Shown here: positions 1 through 9,676 of the stretch, piece after piece
Layout of the letters: each line of letters starts with the position of its first letter
Numbering within the stretch: the stretch's first letter is position 1
Source: Anaerocolumna sp.
GTDB taxonomy: Bacteria > Bacillota > Clostridia > Lachnospirales > Lachnospiraceae
Direction: 5' to 3'
Length of the DNA stretch: 64,000 nucleotides
Assembly (NCBI GenBank): GCA_029239455.1
Contig: JAQZAX010000001.1
Coordinates: forward strand, 3,539-67,538
Notes under the pieces: generated by a model
Seen by the model: the letters and a program-made list of their open reading frames with translations, nothing else
Told to the model about the DNA's origin: nothing
Database searches by the model: none
Made by a program: the position numbers and the translations under genes

Positions 1-436
1 TATATCCGTAGCAGGTTACATTATGATTTACGCGAAACGCCCTGATTACGTATCCATTCATTCTTATTTCTTCCGAAAGACCGCTAAGTTCTATAAAGTT
101 AATGTCAAAGGGCAATTCAGGAGCAATTACACGTAACGCATTCACTACCCTCTCTAACCCCTTAGGTCCAATCATGGTCACAGGTTCCGTTCTGTCCGCA
201 TTACCCATAGATAAAAGCAGTCCAGGCAATCCGCTGATATGATCACCGTGATAATGGGTAAAGCATATGATATCAATAGGATGAACACTCCAGCCTTTTT
301 CCCTTATAGCTATCTGGGTTCCTTCCCCACAGTCAATTAACAGGCTGGAACCATTATATCTAGTCATTAATGCAGTTAACCACCGATTCGGCAGTGGCAT
401 CATGCCGCTTGTACCAAGTAAACAAATATCTAACAT
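1..436 (-). CDS. rnz: Ribonuclease Z (5' part; runs off window start)
   Basis: Manual translation from ATG at 436: MLDICLLGTSGMMPLPNRWLTALMTRYNGSSLLIDCGEGTQ...FTHYHGDHISGLPG (metallo-beta-lactamase HxHxDH motif); not in ORF track because truncated. Confidence 0.9.
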   Translation of the reverse strand, partial: MLDICLLGTSGMMPLPNRWLTALMTRYNGSSLLIDCGEGTQIAIREKGWSVHPIDIICFTHYHGDHISGLPGLLLSMGNADRTEPVTMIGPKGLERVVNALRVIAPELPFDINFIELSGLSEEIRMNGYVIRAFRVNHNVTCYGY

Positions 437-578
437 GTAATATCCTCACTAATTCTATGGGGCGTGTATTTTCTATCTGGATTCCATACCCTCTATATAT
501 TTCATATGCATAATTGCATCTACTTTTATTATATACACTTTTATTTTAATTAATATAAATTAATTCCTTTATAGTTAC

Positions 579-607
579 AATATATCATAACCGATAGTGA
601 TAATCAA
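579..607 (-). promoter_or_regulatory. Candidate sigma-A promoter for rnz
   Basis: TTGATT-17 nt-TATATT with extended TG on minus strand. Confidence 0.4.
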
Positions 608-698
608 TAGTTTGCTGTCAAGGGCTGGTAATATAGGAGACTTTCCCACTGATTCCAATAGATATAGGGGCAATCCCCTAGCTTTATTTCAATAAAGC

Positions 699-730
699 AA
701 AAAGAGCCTGAAAACTACCTTCCAGGCTCA
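699..730 (-). terminator. Rho-independent terminator downstream of the 82-aa ORF
   Basis: GAGCCTGGA...TTCAGGCTC followed by TTTTT on minus strand. Confidence 0.65.
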
Positions 731-825
731 CATACAACACATTTTTGAATTATTCTATACCTAATATTCCATACCTAGTACCTATTATATTACTTTTGAT
801 AATAAATACAGTTATTTTATTTTCA

Positions 826-1074
826 TTACATCACTTCTTTTTTGTTCATAACTTCAACCGGTATCTTAAAGTTTGAAATCATTTCCTCGTAACAGGTTTC
901 ACATATATTAAATTTGTGGGTTTCTAAATCCTTGTTTGAAAAATAACCCCACTCTTTTGTTGCCTCAAACACATCCTCTTTTAGGATTCCGTTCTCTGCC
1001 TTTATCTGTCTGCCACATACGTTACAGTAAATGTTTATCACTTTAACTTTTTTCAATGTTTTGTTTTTATCCAT
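826..1074 (-). CDS. Small hypothetical protein with two CxxC pairs (possible Zn ribbon)
   Basis: CNVC and CETC motifs; strong SD (AGGAGGGA) upstream. Confidence 0.7.
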   Translation of the reverse strand: MDKNKTLKKVKVINIYCNVCGRQIKAENGILKEDVFEATKEWGYFSNKDLETHKFNICETCYEEMISNFKIPVEVMNKKEVM

Positions 1075-1185
1075 ATGCTATCCCTCCTGCTAGCTTGGCC
1101 AATTACTTATCCATAAGGTTATTATAACGGATTACATCGAATAATGACAGTGGGAATTACTGTTATAGATAGAAATCAAAGAGAT

Positions 1186-1614
1186 TTAAAGCCACATAAT
1201 AAGTGCATTTTCCACTGGTGCCTCATAAAAGTTCTTACGCACTCCGGCGTCTTTAAATCCAAGTTTATGATATAGGGTAATTGCCGCCCTATTACTTTCT
1301 CTTACTTCCAAGGTAAATGCCTCTAATCCTTGTTTTCTTCCTAGTTCGATTAACTTAGTAAGCATTACTTCTGCTACGTGGCGTCCCCGATATTGCTTAG
1401 CAACTGCCACATTAGTTATCTGGCCCTCCCCTACAACACCCCACAAACCACAATATCCCAAGATAACATCCTGTTCTTCTACTACAAGGTATAGGTTGTT
1501 TGGATTATATAAGGATTGTCTAAAATCTTCTATTTTCCAAGGCCTGGAGAAAATGCTATCCTCAATAGTATGGACATCTCCCAAATCTTCTTCCTTCATA
1601 TATCGTACTAACAA
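1186..1614 (-). CDS. rimI: Ribosomal protein S18-alanine N-acetyltransferase (GNAT)
   Basis: GQITNVAV...YRG..LEVRESN..AI.LY.KLGF..GVRKNFY; follows tsaB; TTG start at 1614 with AGGAG SD preferred over ORF-track start 1647. Confidence 0.9.
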   Translation of the reverse strand: MLVRYMKEEDLGDVHTIEDSIFSRPWKIEDFRQSLYNPNNLYLVVEEQDVILGYCGLWGVVGEGQITNVAVAKQYRGRHVAEVMLTKLIELGRKQGLEAFTLEVRESNRAAITLYHKLGFKDAGVRKNFYEAPVENALIMWL

Positions 1615-1615
1615 G

Positions 1616-2323
1616 TTATTGCTCCTTCTGTTTCTCCGCCAGTTCACGTTCTGCCTGGGAAAGTCTTAAATATATTGGTTCATGGTTATCCGCGTTCTCC
1701 AATCGTCCATTCTTATAATAGATAACACCTAATGCACCGATTGCTCCTGCCCGCTGCTTTGCCATATGAATTGGTGCAAAACTGTAAGGTACGGTCATAA
1801 GTTTCTCAAGTTGCTCTTTATACACCTCGACTCCATCTCCAAGGAAAATAACTTCTCGACCAATCTGGTTTATTTCTGCAGTGATTTCATCAATACCCAC
1901 CGCCTTTTGAGGTGAAACAGTATAAAATTCATTCTCTACAAATTCATATATTCCTGTATAAACCTGATTCCTTCTTGCATCCATAATAGGGCAGATTAGT
2001 TTCTTAGTTCCGTACAGGTTATAAGCCAGCCCGTCTACCGTAGGCACACTAATAATTGGTTTATTTAAAGAAAGCCCCAACCCTTTTGCTGTAGATGATC
2101 CAATTCTTAAACCGGTAAATGATCCCGGCCCTGCCGCTACAGCAATAGCATCAATCTCCTGTAAATTCAAATCTATCATCTTCGCAATTTCGTCTAACAT
2201 AGGTAATAGTGTTTGAGAATGGGTTTTCTTAAAGTTAACCGTATACTCCGCTATTAAGTTATCTTCTGTAACTACAGCTACAGAGGCTACTAATCCTGAA
2301 CTATCAATTGCTAAAAGCTTCAT
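1616..2323 (-). CDS. tsaB: tRNA t6A biosynthesis protein TsaB
   Basis: MKLLAIDSS...HSQTLLP...GPGSFTGLRIG...DARRNQVY; start refined to 2323. Confidence 0.95.
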   Translation of the reverse strand: MKLLAIDSSGLVASVAVVTEDNLIAEYTVNFKKTHSQTLLPMLDEIAKMIDLNLQEIDAIAVAAGPGSFTGLRIGSSTAKGLGLSLNKPIISVPTVDGLAYNLYGTKKLICPIMDARRNQVYTGIYEFVENEFYTVSPQKAVGIDEITAEINQIGREVIFLGDGVEVYKEQLEKLMTVPYSFAPIHMAKQRAGAIGALGVIYYKNGRLENADNHEPIYLRLSQAERELAEKQKEQ

Positions 2324-2324
2324 T

Positions 2325-2768
2325 TTAATCCTCCGTGATATTCCCATCATTCTCTATGGTTATTAATCTGTAATCAAAACCTTTTTCCAAATTCTTTTCT
2401 ATAGTGATTACCGTTCGCTTTTCCGGTAGTATCTCTTCGATTAGATTAGACCATTCGATTAAGCAAACGCCCTGACCATAAAAGTAATCTTCAAAACCTA
2501 TTTCATACATCTCTTCTATATCTTCTATTCTATATACGTCAAAATGATAGAATGGCAGTCTTCCCGTATCATATACCTGTACGATGGTAAAGGTCGGACT
2601 GTTCACAGGCTCTGTAATCGATAAACCCTTGGCAAACCCTTGGGTAAAGACCGTCTTGCCCGTGCCAAGGTCCCCTAGTAGGCAAAAAACCTGTCCTGCC
2701 TTTGCATTTTCGCCTATCTTCATACCAAGTGCAAAGGTATCTTCCATTCGAAAACTCTCTATAATCAT
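2325..2768 (-). CDS. tsaE: tRNA t6A biosynthesis ATPase TsaE
   Basis: GDLGTGKT Walker A, SPTFTIV, HFDVYR, IEW motifs; start refined to 2768. Confidence 0.95.
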   Translation of the reverse strand: MIIESFRMEDTFALGMKIGENAKAGQVFCLLGDLGTGKTVFTQGFAKGLSITEPVNSPTFTIVQVYDTGRLPFYHFDVYRIEDIEEMYEIGFEDYFYGQGVCLIEWSNLIEEILPEKRTVITIEKNLEKGFDYRLITIENDGNITED

Positions 2769-2940
2769 ATAATTTCTCTCTTTTTCTGTATTTTGTTCTA
2801 TGTGCAATTATATCAGATTGGGTTGAAAATACAAGTGGGTACCTGCTGGCATACATTTTGATCTTAATCATTTTAAATAATATCAGAATAATTTCTAATT
2901 TTGTAATTATACTAATTATGTACAAAACAGGAGGTTTAAG

Positions 2941-3363
2941 ATGGCAGTAGAGACATTGAAAGCAGAAGTTATATTAGGGGAAGGAGTAAAAGTTGATTGT
3001 TTATCAAGAGGTTTTGGATTTTCCATGGATCAGGCAAAGGAAGCAGGCGGTAATAATGAAGGTATGTGTCCCGGCGAGGCTCTTCTATCTGCTCTTGGCG
3101 GCTGCAAATGTATGATTGTAAGAAAAATGTCGGAAGCATCCGGCATCAATCTAAAATCTTTGAAGCTTGAACTTGAGGGTGAAATTGACCCAGAAGGGCC
3201 TAAGACTGGCTTTACTAAGATAATTACCAAATATAGTATTCAATCAAATAATACTGAAAAAGAAGTAAAAGACTTTATTGAAAAGGTTGAAAATAATTGT
3301 CCCGTTAAAGATACTATTGTCAACGCTCCCTCAATGAATTATGAAGTAAGTATCCAGCAGTAG
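2941..3363 (+). CDS. OsmC/Ohr family protein
   Basis: GG.N.G..P.E.LLSALGGC and CPV two-cysteine signature; AGGAGG SD. Confidence 0.85.
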   Translation: MAVETLKAEVILGEGVKVDCLSRGFGFSMDQAKEAGGNNEGMCPGEALLSALGGCKCMIVRKMSEASGINLKSLKLELEGEIDPEGPKTGFTKIITKYSIQSNNTEKEVKDFIEKVENNCPVKDTIVNAPSMNYEVSIQQ

Positions 3364-3400
3364 TTATGTATTTTACCCTTTCCCCCTTATTCCAACAAGT

Positions 3401-3435
3401 AAAACCGGCATTCGAAAAGAAATGCCGGTTTTTTT
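3401..3435. terminator. Bidirectional terminator between convergent OsmC gene and ribU
   Basis: AAAACCGGCATT-loop-AATGCCGGTTTTTTT. Confidence 0.85.
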
Positions 3436-3454
3436 AATTCCCAAATCCTCTTAA

Positions 3455-4081
3455 CTAAAGTCGGTTCTTTAATAATTTATAGGTATAGTGTCCAACGAAT
3501 CCGAGGAAAATGCCTTTTACAATATTAAATGGTGTAATTCCATATAAAATCAACGTAAATTTATCTTGTATTGCTGGAATTGCAGTTGCTGCTGCCAGAA
3601 CATTTTCCATTCCGCCATAAAGGGAAGCATACATTGGTATGGTTACAAAATAATTCATTAAAAATCCTGCAATTGTCATAACAATGGTTGCAACTGAAAA
3701 TGTAATTAAGGATTTGTATTTATTTTTCATCTTTCTATAGATGATAGCTGCAGGGACCACATAGGCAACGCTTACAATAAAGTTTGCAAATTCACCAATA
3801 CCAGCAGTCTTCGTTGCCGTCATTGCTTTAATTAAATTCTTAATGAATTCAATAGCAATTCCAGCCATAGGGCCAAACTGAAATGCTCCTATAATAGCTG
3901 GGATATCACTAAATTCTAATCTTAAAAATCCAATAAACGGCGGTGATTCCAGAAGCATAAGTACATAAGATAGGCCTGCTAACAAACTAACCGTTACCAT
4001 CGTCTTAGTTGAAAATGCCCTGCCCTGTGTTCTAGTAGTTTTGTTGTTTACTTTTGTTTCAAATTTTCCTGTTTCCATCAT
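3455..4081 (-). CDS. ribU: ECF transporter S component, riboflavin (RibU family)
   Basis: FL.LEFSDIPAIIG..GP..GI..EFIKNL, PFNIVKG; preceded by FMN riboswitch. Confidence 0.85.
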   Translation of the reverse strand: MMETGKFETKVNNKTTRTQGRAFSTKTMVTVSLLAGLSYVLMLLESPPFIGFLRLEFSDIPAIIGAFQFGPMAGIAIEFIKNLIKAMTATKTAGIGEFANFIVSVAYVVPAAIIYRKMKNKYKSLITFSVATIVMTIAGFLMNYFVTIPMYASLYGGMENVLAAATAIPAIQDKFTLILYGITPFNIVKGIFLGFVGHYTYKLLKNRL

Positions 4082-4224
4082 AATCTCTCCTTTTCATTTA
4101 TAAAGGGAAATTCTTGGTTTCTTATGTGTAGCCGGGTATGGTCTCCACCGAATAACTTCTTTAACAGCCAATTGGCTAAAGCTTTTTATCTAATTGGGGA
4201 GTTCACAAAACTCCTTTATTAGAT

Positions 4225-4257
4225 AAAGAAAGCCTCAATTCCAAGGAATCGAGGCTG
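4225..4257 (-). terminator. Riboswitch expression-platform terminator
   Basis: AGCCTCGATTCC-TT-GGAATTGAGGCT then TTCTTT, between FMN aptamer and ribU. Confidence 0.75.
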
Positions 4258-4300
4258 TTGGTTATCAAATGGATTGCATACAAAAGAGCTATATACAAAA

Positions 4301-4447
4301 ATCATCTTCTCACATCCAGACTTTACTGTCGGTTTTGGAATTGCACCAAATCAGCTGTTACTCCTTATGCTCAAGAATTCGAACACATGAATTAACAGGT
4401 CGCGGACTATACCGCCGGTCGGGAATTTCACCCTGCCCCGAAGAATT
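4301..4447 (-). ncRNA. FMN riboswitch (RFN element)
   Basis: Minus strand TCTTCGGGGCAGGGTGAAATTCCCGACCGGCGGTATAGTCCGCGA...GATTTGGTGCAATTCCAAAACCGACAGTAAAGTCTGGATGTGAGAAGA matches RFN consensus. Confidence 0.95.
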
Positions 4448-4484
4448 TCCTATTAAATTAATATTATATGCTTTGTTTATTTGT

Positions 4485-4513
4485 ATTCTACAACTTTACT
4501 ATAGTAATGTCAA
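4485..4513 (-). promoter_or_regulatory. Sigma-A promoter for FMN riboswitch-ribU
   Basis: TTGACA-17 nt-TAGAAT. Confidence 0.7.
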
Positions 4514-4666
4514 TAATTTTTTAATTGACTCTAATCATTCATTTATTAATTCACTCTAACCATTAGCTCAAGCCATTAACTCTAATTATTTTGCATCCCT
4601 CTATGAATGGTCCCCTTTGGGATGGCTATCACATCTTTTCAGAATAATAATCCCATGGTTTAGTCC

Positions 4667-5755
4667 TTACTCTCCATATAATCGATTATGAATCTCATCA
4701 ATATTCAACTGAAAATCAATTCCGATTACATCCATTCCCCGAATCCGCAGGAAGTTATAAGAATCCTCTATTGGTAAACTCCACTGGTCTAGTGCATATC
4801 CTGAATAAGTCGGCAGGGATAATATCATGGAGAATATCTCCCCTTCGGTAAGATTGGTTGTAATGCCCGGCAAAATCACATTTAATAAATTATTTAACTC
4901 AATTAAGTTTAATCCCTTTACATTGTTAAATATCTGTTCTAAGACACGCCTCTGCCTTGCCGTCCGTTCAAAATCCGTTCCAATATAACGGTTACGGGCA
5001 TACCCTAATGCTTGTTTGCCGTTTAGCAGAAATGTTCCGGCCTCTGTTAGTATATCTGTTTCTTCCTCCTGATCTGTTAGTCCATTTAGATTTCTCACAT
5101 ATTCATTAATAATAGGAATTTCCGCTTCCGTAATTTCTAATGTTACGCCGCCCACTGCATCCACAATCTCCATAAAAGAATAAAAATCTATGGATGCATA
5201 CCTGTCTATCTGAATCTTAAAATTCTGTTCTATGGTTTCCATTAACAGGTCAGCACCGCCGGAGGCAAAAGCTGAATTAATTCGGTTATTACTTCTTCCT
5301 GGAATCTGAAGATAAATGTCACGAAGAATCGATGTTGCTACAATCTTTTTCATTTTCTTATTAATCGAAATAATAATCATAGCGTCTGAGCGACCAGATC
5401 CTCCGGCTTCTCTTGTGTCACTTCCAATCAGAAGTACGTTTAATACCTCATTGTCATAGATCATCGCAGTACTATTATCTTCCATGTTCTGACGAATTTT
5501 GTCCTCAATTGTTAGGATTTCCACTTCTGGAGAATCCGTGGCCTCTGTGTGTGCATCTTCAGGTTCTGTCTCCGGTTCCGGTTCACCAGTCTCCAATATG
5601 TCATCATCCTCTCCTGTCGGCGAAATCAGGTTCATTTTATTAATATAAGAACGAGCTAACAGATACCCTGTTATACTTAGGATAGTTACAACTGAAATTA
5701 AAGTAAAGATAGTAATTTTTACTATCTTTGCTGTTGTGGTCTTTTTATTTTGCAT
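4667..5755 (-). CDS. LCP (LytR-CpsA-Psr) family glycopolymer phosphotransferase
   Basis: N-terminal TM, NVLLIGSD, RSDAMII, SILRD, ALGYARNR, DFERTARQ. Confidence 0.92.
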   Translation of the reverse strand: MQNKKTTTAKIVKITIFTLISVVTILSITGYLLARSYINKMNLISPTGEDDDILETGEPEPETEPEDAHTEATDSPEVEILTIEDKIRQNMEDNSTAMIYDNEVLNVLLIGSDTREAGGSGRSDAMIIISINKKMKKIVATSILRDIYLQIPGRSNNRINSAFASGGADLLMETIEQNFKIQIDRYASIDFYSFMEIVDAVGGVTLEITEAEIPIINEYVRNLNGLTDQEEETDILTEAGTFLLNGKQALGYARNRYIGTDFERTARQRRVLEQIFNNVKGLNLIELNNLLNVILPGITTNLTEGEIFSMILSLPTYSGYALDQWSLPIEDSYNFLRIRGMDVIGIDFQLNIDEIHNRLYGE

Positions 5756-5873
5756 ATTCTTTCCTCAATATCATATTATTTTAAGCAATATTATAATATT
5801 TCTGTACTTAGATTTCGGTGCTGTTATTCGTGATAAATTAACATAATTTTTATTTCATAGTGTTTTATTACCA

Positions 5874-7322
5874 TTATATTTCTATACTGCTCTTTTTTCT
5901 CTGATACCTATAACCGCCATATCTACCGTAATTTCCGTAGCCGTAGCCATATCTACCGATTCCTGATTTCACATGATTTAATACGCATCCGATGATCTCA
6001 ATACTGCTGCTTTCCGAAATATGTTCTAGCCCCTCAAGAATCTGATTCACCTTTGCATAATCCTGCTTTACTACAAATATAACTCCATCTGCGAATTTGG
6101 CTAGATTAGAAGTGTCAGAAAGAATTGCCGAAGGTGCTGTATCTAATATAATATAATCTGCCTGTTTCTCTAACTCTGTTATTATGTCCCACATCTTTGG
6201 CATACCAATAATCTCCGAAACATTCTGGGTCGGTTTTGTGCCTGCTAAAATGGAGAGTTTAACATGATCGTAGTATTTTATAGCATCTTTTAATTCTACC
6301 TCTTCATTTAACACTTCTTCTAATCCAATGGCCCCAACCTGAAGGGTAATCATATTCTGAATGGAGGGATGGCGAAGATCGCAGTCCACCAGTACCACCT
6401 TTTTCCCACCTTCCGCCATAGCTAGTGCCAGATTAAAAGCAAAGGTACTTTTGCCTTCCCCCTGAATTGCGCTGGTGACCAGAATGGATTTACATTTGTC
6501 GTTACTTGCTGCTTTCTCTACTCTGGTCCGGATTTTATACATACTCTCTCGGTACCATGGAGATATCTTGTCATTTTGAAGGGAAACGGTTTGATTGAAT
6601 TTTCTTCCTCTTTTTTTGAATTTCACTTCCGGAAGTGTTCCCAAGTGCTTCATACTGAATAGTTCAGTTAAATCTTTCGCCTTATGAATAGTTTTTCTGG
6701 TAAATGCATAAAACAAAATAAGAAAGATTCCTGCCATTGCCCCTGCAATAGCTCCAACCTTGATACTGTTTCTATAATTTGGCTGATTGAAAGGTTCCTG
6801 TGGCACACCTGTCTCATCCAGCATGTCCAGCCTAGTTCTCCCTACGACTGTTTCTGCAATCTTAGGATAATTAACGATTGCAGACTGCAGAACATCATAG
6901 GCCTTTTTTGCATCCGAAGAAGTTACCTTTATGGTAAATAAATTGGTTTCTTCTATGTTCTCAGCTGTAATGGACTCAGGCACAGACGCGACTCCAAGGT
7001 CAGCAGCAATAACATTTTTTAGCACACCGCTAGTCATAATATAAGGAAATGTTTTAGACATCTGCGCTGCCTTTAGATTATCATCATATATGCTCCCACT
7101 ACCGGAATCGTTGCTTAAGCTTACCGTAAATGTAGCCGATGCAGTATAATAAGGAAAGAACCCACGATTTACACGAAAGTAGGTTATCCCCGCAGATAAT
7201 ACCGAAAGTACTACTACAAGCCACCAAAATTTCTTTGTACCCTTCCAAATATTCTGAACAAGGGTAGATAAGTCAATTGTATCCTCTCTCTCTCCCTCAA
7301 TCTCTCTATCATAATTATTCAT
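5874..7322 (-). CDS. Wzz/CpsC-CpsD (Wzc-like) tyrosine autokinase fusion, copy 3
   Basis: Two TMs, TSAIQGEGKS Walker A, VDCDLR, C-terminal Tyr/Gly cluster; start refined to 7322 overlapping upstream stop. Confidence 0.85.
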   Translation of the reverse strand: MNNYDREIEGEREDTIDLSTLVQNIWKGTKKFWWLVVVLSVLSAGITYFRVNRGFFPYYTASATFTVSLSNDSGSGSIYDDNLKAAQMSKTFPYIMTSGVLKNVIAADLGVASVPESITAENIEETNLFTIKVTSSDAKKAYDVLQSAIVNYPKIAETVVGRTRLDMLDETGVPQEPFNQPNYRNSIKVGAIAGAMAGIFLILFYAFTRKTIHKAKDLTELFSMKHLGTLPEVKFKKRGRKFNQTVSLQNDKISPWYRESMYKIRTRVEKAASNDKCKSILVTSAIQGEGKSTFAFNLALAMAEGGKKVVLVDCDLRHPSIQNMITLQVGAIGLEEVLNEEVELKDAIKYYDHVKLSILAGTKPTQNVSEIIGMPKMWDIITELEKQADYIILDTAPSAILSDTSNLAKFADGVIFVVKQDYAKVNQILEGLEHISESSSIEIIGCVLNHVKSGIGRYGYGYGNYGRYGGYRYQRKKSSIEI

Positions 7323-8775
7323 AAGAACCCCCAATACGATTAACAGCAGTCTGCTGTTTATTCTCTGTATTACCATAATACCCCTGGTATGCATAGTTCT
7401 TGCCATATCCTGCCCGGTAGCCAGATAGCGTTGTCTTTACATTATTAAAGACACAGCCCAGCAGTTTTGAGTTACTATTATTAAGAATATCAATTGCATC
7501 ATTAATCTCTTTGGTTTTTGCATGACTTTGTCTGACTACTAACAAAGATGCATCTACAATATCAGCTAAGATTTCGGTATCTGCCACAGCAAATAACGGC
7601 GGAGCGTCAATTATGATAAAATCCATAATTTTCTTTGATACTTTAATAAATTCACGGAATGATTCTTTTACTAAAAGATCCGCAGAGTTCTCATAACGCC
7701 TGCTGCCAGCTACCAGATATAAACCGCTGTTCTCATCAAAAGTCAAGGTTCCTTTTAAATCACTATCCTTTTGTATGTTCTCACCTAACTCATGCTCAAT
7801 TTGTACATCTCTCTGCATCACCTTATATATGGAAGGATTACATAAATCACCATCGAGTAATAATACATTTTGGGACTTCAAAGCTAAGGATAATGCCAGG
7901 TTAGCCGCTACTGTTGATTTACCCTCATTTTCAAGGGCGCTGGTAATTAATATTACTTTATGGGAATTCTGAAAAGCTTTAAATTCCAGTTTTGCTCTCA
8001 TTTTCTTATAGTTCTCTACAAATAAAAAGCTTACAGTTGGACTTGTAATCAAGATGCTCTTCTTGGATTTTCTTAATCTAGAACCCAGTGTTTTATATTT
8101 TTTCTCATGATAAATAACGCCAAACAGTTTAGTGTCCAGCTTTCTTGCTATTTCCTTTTCATTCTTCACGTTATCCCTTAACACTGACAGTGCTGCAAGG
8201 AGAACCGTCATGGTTCCTGCCCCAATCCAGAAAGCCATCTTCATAATGCCCCGTATATCCAGATAATTGTTCGGAAACATGGGAACACGGGGGGCTTCCA
8301 ATACATCTAGTATGGCATTGCCAAATACATGGTTCGTAACGGAAGTATAATTCTTCATAACAGAAGTAATGGTTTTAAATGCCATAGCGGAAGTAGGCGC
8401 AGATACTCTAAGTACGAACAGGTTCGTTTCCGGTATTACCTCCGCCATTATGGTGCCTGGCACCTTATCCCTTCCTATATCCGTAGTAACCTTTTTCTTT
8501 AACAGATTACTGTCAAATATCTTGGTCAAACTAGTTGCTACTGTATTAGCTGCTGATAAATTGGCATAAGTATTATTACTTCCCTTGGAAGTAACAACAA
8601 AAGTAGCACTGGTTGTATAGGTTGGTTTATATGTAATATTTGCAACTATATATGCACACATCGCTGCCGTAACTCCTATTAGGAGTATAAGCCACCAGTC
8701 TTTTAAGATATCTCGAAGGACATCTAGGATATCTATTTCAATTTCATCTGTCTGATACTTGTCTAAATCCGGCAT
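7315..8775 (-). CDS. Wzz/CpsC-CpsD (Wzc-like) tyrosine autokinase fusion, copy 2
   Basis: EIEIDI Wzz start, TSALENEGKS, LDGDL, IIIDAPP, Tyr-rich tail. Confidence 0.85.
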   Translation of the reverse strand: MPDLDKYQTDEIEIDILDVLRDILKDWWLILLIGVTAAMCAYIVANITYKPTYTTSATFVVTSKGSNNTYANLSAANTVATSLTKIFDSNLLKKKVTTDIGRDKVPGTIMAEVIPETNLFVLRVSAPTSAMAFKTITSVMKNYTSVTNHVFGNAILDVLEAPRVPMFPNNYLDIRGIMKMAFWIGAGTMTVLLAALSVLRDNVKNEKEIARKLDTKLFGVIYHEKKYKTLGSRLRKSKKSILITSPTVSFLFVENYKKMRAKLEFKAFQNSHKVILITSALENEGKSTVAANLALSLALKSQNVLLLDGDLCNPSIYKVMQRDVQIEHELGENIQKDSDLKGTLTFDENSGLYLVAGSRRYENSADLLVKESFREFIKVSKKIMDFIIIDAPPLFAVADTEILADIVDASLLVVRQSHAKTKEINDAIDILNNSNSKLLGCVFNNVKTTLSGYRAGYGKNYAYQGYYGNTENKQQTAVNRIGGSYE

Positions 8776-8784
8776 CTTATCCTC

Positions 8785-9660
8785 CTATTCTTCCACTACC
8801 ACAAGAAGTCTGGTCACTCCTGTATAACCATCTTCTGTCGTAAAGGAATATTCTATGTCATAAACTCCAGATATCCTTACGTTTACATTGGAGTTAACCT
8901 TAATTTCGTTCTTTGAGATTGTACTTACAGCTCCCGGATTGAAGCCTTCCTGAAAGGAATACCGCTTCTGTCCAATGGTAACCTCTGTAAGATACGCTTT
9001 GGGATCCATAGAATCCCCTGCCTTAATATATACTATATAATCACTTAGATGTATCTTAGGCAGATATTCCTGATTCTGATACCCTGAATAGTAGAATTCC
9101 ACTTTTGCGGGTAGATATGAGGTATCTCCTGCACTGTTTGTAACCTGAAACTCAATGTCATAGGTTCCTTCTGACTGACCAAAACCATATTTTATCCCTT
9201 CATACTTAATCTTATCTGTCAGATCTCCGTCAAGGCTGTCTTGTACCGTCATATATTTCACTATATTATCTGTATCGCCTACCGGAAAACGTAAGGGTTG
9301 TGATAATACGAATCTCGGAGATGTATAATCGTTATACCCCAATTCTCTTTCCACTTTCGTTATGTTATTGTTTAAATCAAATGCTGCATAAGTTATGGTT
9401 CTATTTCCCGTGTCCGTAAACCTTGAGATCTTCTCAATCAAAATAGAATCGCTTACATTCCCATCTCTGTCATCAATAGCCGTAACTCCTTTAAGAAGTT
9501 CCTCTACAGGCGCATTTACGCTGACTTCTATCCCGTCACTTTCATATGTAATTTCAGGTCCTAAGGTATCTTTGCTTTTTGACTCAATTCTCCGATAGCT
9601 TCCAAATGCAATTACTGTAAGCAGGAATAAAATCAAGCTGGCAATTCTAAGTATTTTCAT
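8785..9660 (-). CDS. Membrane-anchored/secreted protein with Ig-like repeats (DUF5011/HYR-like)
   Basis: Hydrophobic N-terminus; repeated (A/V)xDxxDG(N/D)(V/L)(S/T)D and GxYxIxY/F motifs; start refined to 9660. Confidence 0.65.
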   Translation of the reverse strand: MKILRIASLILFLLTVIAFGSYRRIESKSKDTLGPEITYESDGIEVSVNAPVEELLKGVTAIDDRDGNVSDSILIEKISRFTDTGNRTITYAAFDLNNNITKVERELGYNDYTSPRFVLSQPLRFPVGDTDNIVKYMTVQDSLDGDLTDKIKYEGIKYGFGQSEGTYDIEFQVTNSAGDTSYLPAKVEFYYSGYQNQEYLPKIHLSDYIVYIKAGDSMDPKAYLTEVTIGQKRYSFQEGFNPGAVSTISKNEIKVNSNVNVRISGVYDIEYSFTTEDGYTGVTRLLVVVEE

Positions 9661-9676
9661 GATAAGCTCCTTATAA

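Noticed and set aside
4269-4559. 96-aa plus-strand ORF
   Set aside because: Antisense to the FMN riboswitch and its promoter; no protein motif
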